Source: Candidatus Aminicenantes bacterium
GTDB taxonomy: Bacteria > Acidobacteriota > Aminicenantia > Aminicenantales > CALLJL01
Length of the DNA: 63,167 nucleotides
Reading direction: 5' to 3'
NCBI GenBank assembly: GCA_026416195.1
Contig: JAOAFQ010000183.1
Span: 1 to 63,167 of the forward strand
The notes beneath the pieces are model-generated. The model was not told the origin of the DNA. It searched no databases and worked only from the letters and a program-made list of their open reading frames with translations. The translations under genes and the position numbers were made by a program. Positions 57,670 through 63,167 of the stretch are shown one piece after another (the first letter of the stretch is position 1; every line of letters begins with the position of its first letter).

Positions 57670-57965
57670 TTAATTATACAATAAGACAAATTTTTCCTCT
57701 ATAAATCCATCCAGCTACAGCTCTTGCCTTTTAATTGATAATCAGGCCCCTTCTCTTTAGCTGACAGAATATCCTTTAGGGCTTATAAATTTTATGTGAG
57801 GCGATTCGCCATATTGCAATGAAAGGCTAAAAGAGCTAAAATAAACAGTAATTCTCAAGATAGTTCGGGCTAAAGAAAAAAAGCCAGTTTAAAAGTCATC
57901 AAAAAAATCTGGCAAAAGAATTTCGAAAGCCCAACCTCAAATCAAATAAGAGGAGGAGGTAGATA

Positions 57966-58925
57966 ATGAGTGAAATTGTGCGCCAAATTGAATCCAGAAT
58001 AGCAAACAAGCAACGCTTAGAAAAATTTCACCTTGATCTCGATCATATCGGTCCTGGTGAAAAGCGCCGTTTATATGAGCTCATGTATGCTCACGGTCCT
58101 GGTAATGGCAAAATCATGCTTTTGCCTATTGATCAGGGCTTTGAACATGGACCTAGAGACTTTTTTCCTAACCCACCCAGTATCGATTTTGAGTTTCAAC
58201 TTGAGCTGGCCTTGGAAGCTAATTACTCAGGTATTGCTTGTCACATTGGTTTAGCTGAAAAACATTACAAGAAATATGCTGGCCGAATTCCTTTAGTTCT
58301 GAAAATCAACGGACGAACTTCCATTCCGCCTGATGATGAGGCCTTCTCTCCCCTCGATGCCAGTGTCGAAGATGCTCTTCGCCTAGGAGCTGAGGCTATT
58401 GGTTATACCCTTTATGTCGGTTCGCCCAGGGAAGCTGAGGATATAGCGCAATTTTCCAAAATTAGGCAGGAAGCTAAAAAATATGGGCTACCAGTGATTA
58501 TGTGGGCCTATCCTCGGGGAAAATATGCCGAAACAAGAGGTGGTGGCCGCGATTCTTTAGCTATGGTTGATTACGCGGCTAGAATTGCCAATGAACTTGG
58601 AGCCCATCTAGCGAAAATAAATTTACCTGTTCCCCCCAAGGGTGGAAGCTATGACCCCACTAGTCCTTTCAAAGCCTATAATGAATTTAAAGACATCTCT
58701 GAAGTTGAGGCTTTGCGGCAGGTTGTTCGTTCAGCTGGACGAACCGGGGTTCTCGTTTCAGGGGGTTCTAAGCTTAGCGATGAGGAATTGTTGAAAAAAG
58801 TTGAAATTTGCCTTGAGGCCGGAGTTGATGGCTTTATTTTTGGCCGCAACATCTGGCAGCGAAAATATGATGAAGCGGTAAGGATTAGTCGAGAAATTTT
58901 CACATTGATTAAGCGCTATCAATAA
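57966..58925 (+). CDS. fbaB: Class I fructose-bisphosphate aldolase (DhnA/FbaB type)
   Basis: LPIDQGFEHGP, GYTLYVGS, WAYPRG, Schiff-base Lys in LAKINLP, SGG, GRNIWQ; AGGAGGAGG RBS. Confidence 0.9.
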   Translation: MSEIVRQIESRIANKQRLEKFHLDLDHIGPGEKRRLYELMYAHGPGNGKIMLLPIDQGFEHGPRDFFPNPPSIDFEFQLELALEANYSGIACHIGLAEKHYKKYAGRIPLVLKINGRTSIPPDDEAFSPLDASVEDALRLGAEAIGYTLYVGSPREAEDIAQFSKIRQEAKKYGLPVIMWAYPRGKYAETRGGGRDSLAMVDYAARIANELGAHLAKINLPVPPKGGSYDPTSPFKAYNEFKDISEVEALRQVVRSAGRTGVLVSGGSKLSDEELLKKVEICLEAGVDGFIFGRNIWQRKYDEAVRISREIFTLIKRYQ

Positions 58926-58991
58926 CCAGAATAACCCCCTTCAAAAATAAAAAACTAATTTCTGAAATAAAAAAAGACAAGGGAGGACAAA

Positions 58992-60020
58992 ATGAGAGTG
59001 GGCATTTTAACTGGAGGCGGTGATTGCCCCGGATTAAATGCGGTTATTAGAGCTATTGTCCGCAAGGGGATCATGTTTTATGGCTATGATTGTTATGGTA
59101 TCAAGAATGGCTGGCTAGGCCTAATTGAAGGCAAAATTGTTCCTCTTGATCTGAATAGCATTTCTGGTATTCTTCCAAGAGGCGGGACCATCCTTGGAAC
59201 CTCAAGAACTAATCCCTTTAAAAAAGAAAACGGTGTCGAAAAAATTTTCTCTAACATGGCTAAATTTGAGCTTGACGCTTTAGTCGCCATTGGAGGTGAA
59301 GATACTCTTGGAGTTGCTTATAAACTTTTTCAGCAGGGATTAAAAGTAGTTGGTGTCCCTAAAACAATCGATAACGATCTTTCTTGCACCGATTATACCT
59401 TCGGTTTTGATACAGCGGTTTCCATTGTCTGTGAGGCCCTTGATCGTCTCCACACCACCGCCGAAGCTCATCACCGCGTTATGGTCGTTGAAGTTATGGG
59501 CCGTCATGCTGGCTGGATTGCTGTTATGGGTGGTTTAGCTGGTGGCGCTGACCTCATTCTAATCCCCGAAGTCCCCTTTGATCTCGATGATGTTTGCCGA
59601 GAAATCCAAAAGCGGCGAGAAAGAGGTAAAGATTTTAGTATAGTTGTCGTCGCTGAAGGCGCTCAACCCAAAGAAAATGGATTAATCACCCAATCTGAAG
59701 AAAGAGATCCTTTTGGTCATGTGCGACTCGGCGGCATCGGCCATTATCTTGGCCGGGAAATTGAAAAAAGAACTGGCCTCGAAACCAGGGTCACCGTTCT
59801 AGGCCATACTCAACGAGGAGGCTCTCCTACTGCCTTTGATCGAATTCTGGCCACTAGATTTGGTATAGCGGCTATTGATCTCGTTAGAGAAGGTAAATTC
59901 GGAATGATGGTCAGTCTTCAAGGGAACAAAATAGTCCCTGTTCCTTTAGAAAAAGCAGTGGCTCAACTAAAGACAGTAGATATGGAACTTTATGAAATTG
60001 CCAAGGTCTTTTTTGGCTAA
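58992..60020 (+). CDS. pfp: Phosphofructokinase (group III), predicted pyrophosphate-dependent
   Basis: TGGGDCPG, GGTILGTSR, GGEDT and PKTIDND (Asp and Lys at the positions of E. coli G104 and G124 indicate PPi use), EVMGR, LGHTQRGG. Confidence 0.88.
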   Translation: MRVGILTGGGDCPGLNAVIRAIVRKGIMFYGYDCYGIKNGWLGLIEGKIVPLDLNSISGILPRGGTILGTSRTNPFKKENGVEKIFSNMAKFELDALVAIGGEDTLGVAYKLFQQGLKVVGVPKTIDNDLSCTDYTFGFDTAVSIVCEALDRLHTTAEAHHRVMVVEVMGRHAGWIAVMGGLAGGADLILIPEVPFDLDDVCREIQKRRERGKDFSIVVVAEGAQPKENGLITQSEERDPFGHVRLGGIGHYLGREIEKRTGLETRVTVLGHTQRGGSPTAFDRILATRFGIAAIDLVREGKFGMMVSLQGNKIVPVPLEKAVAQLKTVDMELYEIAKVFFG

Positions 60021-60117
60021 TCGAAAAAATTAAAGTTTAATAAATCGATTTATCAACAAGATCTAACAAGAAAGTAACAAGGAACAATAATCTATCTCGC
60101 TTAGTCAAAACGAAAAA

Positions 60118-61212
60118 TTAATCAAGAACTTGATCAATAATCCCCCCGCCCAAGACAATTTGCTTTTGATAAAAAACAACTGATTGGCCAGGAGTAATGG
60201 CTCGCTGGGGCTCGATAAATTCAACTACTACCGAATCTTTTTCGAGGGGAGAAACAATTGCTTTGGCCTCTTCATGCTTATAACGAATTTTAGCTTTAAC
60301 CGTAATGGGCAAATCTATTTTATCCAAAGCAATTAAATTTACTTTCGTCGCTATTAATTTCTTTCGTAGCAATTCCTTTTCTTCACCTACAATGACGGCC
60401 TTCCTTTCAGGGTCAAGGCCAATGACATAAAGTGGTTTTTTCCAAGATATTTTCATCCCGCGTCTCTGACCGATAGTAAAGTGGGCAATTCCTTGATGTT
60501 CACCTAATTGCCGACCAGTTTTATCCATAATTGGGCCAGGTCGAAAGGCCTCAGGTTTTCTTGATTTAAGAAAATTGATATAATCACCATCAAGAACAAA
60601 GCAAATTTCTTGACTTTCAGCTCGGTCGGCTACATGAAGCCCAAATTTACTGGCCAGATGACGAATCTGAGCTTTCGTATAATTGCCTACAGGAAATAAG
60701 GTTCTTTTAAGCTGTTCTTGGGTTAAGGGATAAAGGAAATAGGATTGGTCTTTAGCTATGTCTCGTCCTTTTTTTAAAAGAAAACGCCCCCTCTTTTCAT
60801 CGAACTCAATTCGGGCATGATGGCCAGTAGCTAAAAAATCAGCCCCTAAATTCTTAACTTTTTCCCACAGCCGTCTAAATTTTATAAATTCATTACAGCG
60901 AATACAGGGATTGGGAGTGCGACCCTGAACATATTCTTGACAAAAATTCTCAATCACCCATTTCTCAAAGTCTTCACGGAGATCCACCACAAAATGAGGA
61001 ATTCCAAGTTGCCAACAAACCTGCTGGGCATCTTCAACAGCTTTGAAACCACAACAGCTTCGTAATTCCTCATTCAAACAGACTTCTGCAGGTAAAGAAA
61101 AGAGTTTCATCGTTAGCCCAATAACTTCATAACCTTGGTTTTTTAAAAGAGCCGCCGCTACAGAAGAATCTACCCCCCCACTCATAGCCACAACTACCTT
61201 TTTCTGACTCAT
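60118..61212 (-). CDS. mnmA: tRNA 2-thiouridine(34) synthase, CxxC+C type
   Basis: AMSGGVDSS, TPNPCIRCN, ATGH, KDQSYFL, ESQEICF, TIGQRRG, TPGQ; ATG at 61212 likely. Confidence 0.97.
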   Translation of the reverse strand: MSQKKVVVAMSGGVDSSVAAALLKNQGYEVIGLTMKLFSLPAEVCLNEELRSCCGFKAVEDAQQVCWQLGIPHFVVDLREDFEKWVIENFCQEYVQGRTPNPCIRCNEFIKFRRLWEKVKNLGADFLATGHHARIEFDEKRGRFLLKKGRDIAKDQSYFLYPLTQEQLKRTLFPVGNYTKAQIRHLASKFGLHVADRAESQEICFVLDGDYINFLKSRKPEAFRPGPIMDKTGRQLGEHQGIAHFTIGQRRGMKISWKKPLYVIGLDPERKAVIVGEEKELLRKKLIATKVNLIALDKIDLPITVKAKIRYKHEEAKAIVSPLEKDSVVVEFIEPQRAITPGQSVVFYQKQIVLGGGIIDQVLD

Positions 61213-61673
61213 TTCTACTTTTAACAGAAAAAATGATTTCAAAAACTAAAATTAAAATAACAGATTTTTTTGTTTTTGACTATCGACTTCATTTGGACTC
61301 TTTGAGAGCGGGAAATCTTCAGAATTCAGCTTCTCACTATCTTGAACTAACCTTATCTAAGACAAGAAAAGAACTGAAGCCTCCAGGCCCCAAATTTCCC
61401 TGCAACTTGAAACCACTGATCAAGATAAGGATTTCGACCAGAAGGGCTAATATCTTCAAGAGATAGTTTTTATAATCCTGATTAAAGGTGAAAGCATTGA
61501 GCTCAGGAAATTAATACCTAAAGAGGATATGGCCGTTAGTCCGATGTCTCTAAAAGAATGACAGAGGAAACCAAAGAGAAATAATGTTTGAGTCACTGAG
61601 AACTCGTTTAAAAATCATTGGCAAAGCGAAAAATTTAGGATAAAAAGAAGACGATAAAATGATGGAGGTGACG

Positions 61674-63142
61674 ATGAAGATAAAATTTAAAATTAACTGG
61701 CTTGGGCTAAAATTAATCGTTCTCTTGCTCTTGTTTTTTAGCTTATCATCTCAAATAAAAGCCCAGAATTATTTCAATGAGAATATATTAAAAGCCTTTA
61801 GTTTCCGGAATATGGGGCCATGGCGAGTAGGGGCAGCCATTGCCGACATTGCGGTCCCCGACTCCCCACCAAAAGCTCATCTTTACACCTTTTATGTTGC
61901 TACCTGGAGTGGCGGCCTTTGGAAAACCACTAATAATGGCACAACTTTTGAGCCTATTTTTGAAGGTCATATTGGAGATGTGGCTATAGCACCTTCCAAT
62001 TCTGATATCATCTGGGTTGGAACTGGCGATGCTTTTTGCTCTGTTCGTTCCCATGCCGGCGACGGCGTTTATAAGTCAACTGATGGCGGTAAGACATGGA
62101 AAAACATGGGACTTCGGGAGACCCAACATGTAGCCCGCATAGTTATTCATCCCAAAAACCCTAACATTGTTTATGTTGCTGCCCTTGGTCACCTTTATTC
62201 TTTTAATGAAGAAAGGGGCGTCTTTAAAACGACCGATGGCGGCCAAACCTGGCAAAAAGTACTCTATATCAATGAAAGAGTTGGGGCTGTCGATTTGGTC
62301 ATTAATCCTCAAAATCCTAATATTCTTTATGCGGCTATGTATGATAAACAACGTTTACCTTGGATCTTTATTAATGGTGGGCCAGAAAGTGCCATTTATA
62401 AAACAATTGATGGCGGCCAAACCTGGCGCCGTCTAAGAGGTGGTTTGCCTACAGGCAGAATTGGTCGCATAGGTCTCGATATTTATTTAAGAAATCCCAA
62501 CATTATCTATGCGGTAATTGAAAATGCGAACAAGCGACCGCCGACTAAAAAAGAAGCCGAAATGGATTTGAAGAGAGGCCTCCAGCCTCAGGAAAGAGAA
62601 ATTGGCGGTGAGGTTTATCGAAGCGAAGATGGAGGTGAAACCTGGATTAAAATGAACCCCCCGGAGGTTAATGTCAGCACTAAAGGTCCTTTTTATTTTA
62701 GTCAGATCAGAATTGATCCCAATGATGATAAAAAGATTTTTGTTACTGGGGTTTGTTTGGCTAATTCCACTGATGGCGGTCGTACCTGGCATGATTTAGA
62801 ATGGCCTCCTCGTCGCCTTTTTACCAAAATGTTCGGGGATGTCCGGACTCTCTGGATTGATCCTGAAAATTCAGACCGAATTATTATGGGCTCAGATGGT
62901 GGGATTTATATCTCTTATGATGGTGGCCGGACCTGCGATCATTATTATAATTTACCTATAAGCCAAATATATGCTCTTGGGGTTGACATGGACGAACCTT
63001 ATCATATCTATTGCGGTCTGCAAGATCATGAGCACTGGAAAGGGCCAAGCAATAGCGCTGATCTTCATGGCATTACTCTTCTTGATTGGGTATCGGTTGG
63101 CGGCGGTGATGGGATGTATACCCAAGTTGATCCAGCCAATAG
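61674..63142 (+). CDS. Secreted VPS10/BNR-repeat beta-propeller protein (glycosyl-hydrolase-like), truncated at the window end; absent from the ORF track
   Basis: GGAGGTG RBS then MKIKFKINWLGLKLIVLLLLFFSLSSQIKAQ (signal)...FRNMGP...GGLWKTTNNGTTF...GVYKSTDGGKTW, with repeated S/T-x-DGG-x-TW Asp-boxes; no stop seen before the contig end. Confidence 0.88.
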
Positions 63143-63167
63143 CTGTCTCTTATACACATCTGACGCT
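63143..63167 (+). other. Nextera/Tn5 mosaic-end adapter read-through (artefact)
   Basis: CTGTCTCTTATACACATCT + GACGCT is exactly the start of the Nextera adapter CTGTCTCTTATACACATCTGACGCTGCCGACGA. Confidence 0.97.

Noticed and set aside
61233-61466. 77-aa ORF in the mnmA-VPS10 intergenic region
   Set aside because: No RBS, no recognisable motif, and it covers the likely mnmA promoter region
2060-62792. Many 60-170 aa ORFs in the track that overlap long genes on the opposite strand or in another frame (e.g. 2841-3209, 5938-6447, 18758-19135, 61788-62792)
   Set aside because: They are shadows of well-supported genes, with no recognisable motifs; those at 61788-62792 overlap the unlisted VPS10/BNR gene
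63143-63161. Tn5/IS50 end as a native mobile element
   Set aside because: It is the synthetic mosaic end followed by Nextera primer bases at the contig terminus, with no transposase nearby
1-63167. tRNA, rRNA, tmRNA, CRISPR arrays, prophage, integrase and defence systems
   Set aside because: None recognised on reading the intergenic regions and ORFs; a covariance-model search could still find a divergent small RNA

Overview
AT-rich, gene-dense bacterial chromosomal segment with about 40 genes and no rRNA, tRNA, CRISPR, transposase, phage or defence genes that I can recognise. The gene style (Oar-like TonB-dependent receptors without SusD, sulfatase-TPR fusions, many exported peptidases, DUF362/DUF6599) suggests an anaerobic diderm of the Acidobacteriota/Ca. 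Aminicenantes type; this is inference only. Main blocks: (1) peptide and amino-acid scavenging and fermentation (three M14 peptidases, M55, S9, M28, amidohydrolase, iorAB plus an ADP-forming acyl-CoA synthetase, ornithine cyclodeaminase family, fused L-serine dehydratase); (2) housekeeping (RpoD-like sigma, carAB, class I aldolase, PPi-type PFK, mnmA); (3) an 8-gene polyprenyl-phosphate-sugar surface-modification operon (GT2, DUF2304, small flippase, FemAB-like GNAT, deacetylase, GT-C, two methyltransferases); (4) a TonB-receptor locus with a sigma54/IHF-type promoter, flanked by two paralogous 'sulfatase'-TPR proteins that carry a Thr-type (TLPSH) active site. The best candidates for undescribed biology are blocks 3 and 4, a degenerate PAS-GGDEF probable c-di-GMP receptor and a structured leader at about 44.7 kb. 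The last 25 nt are Nextera/Tn5 adapter, which is an assembly artefact.
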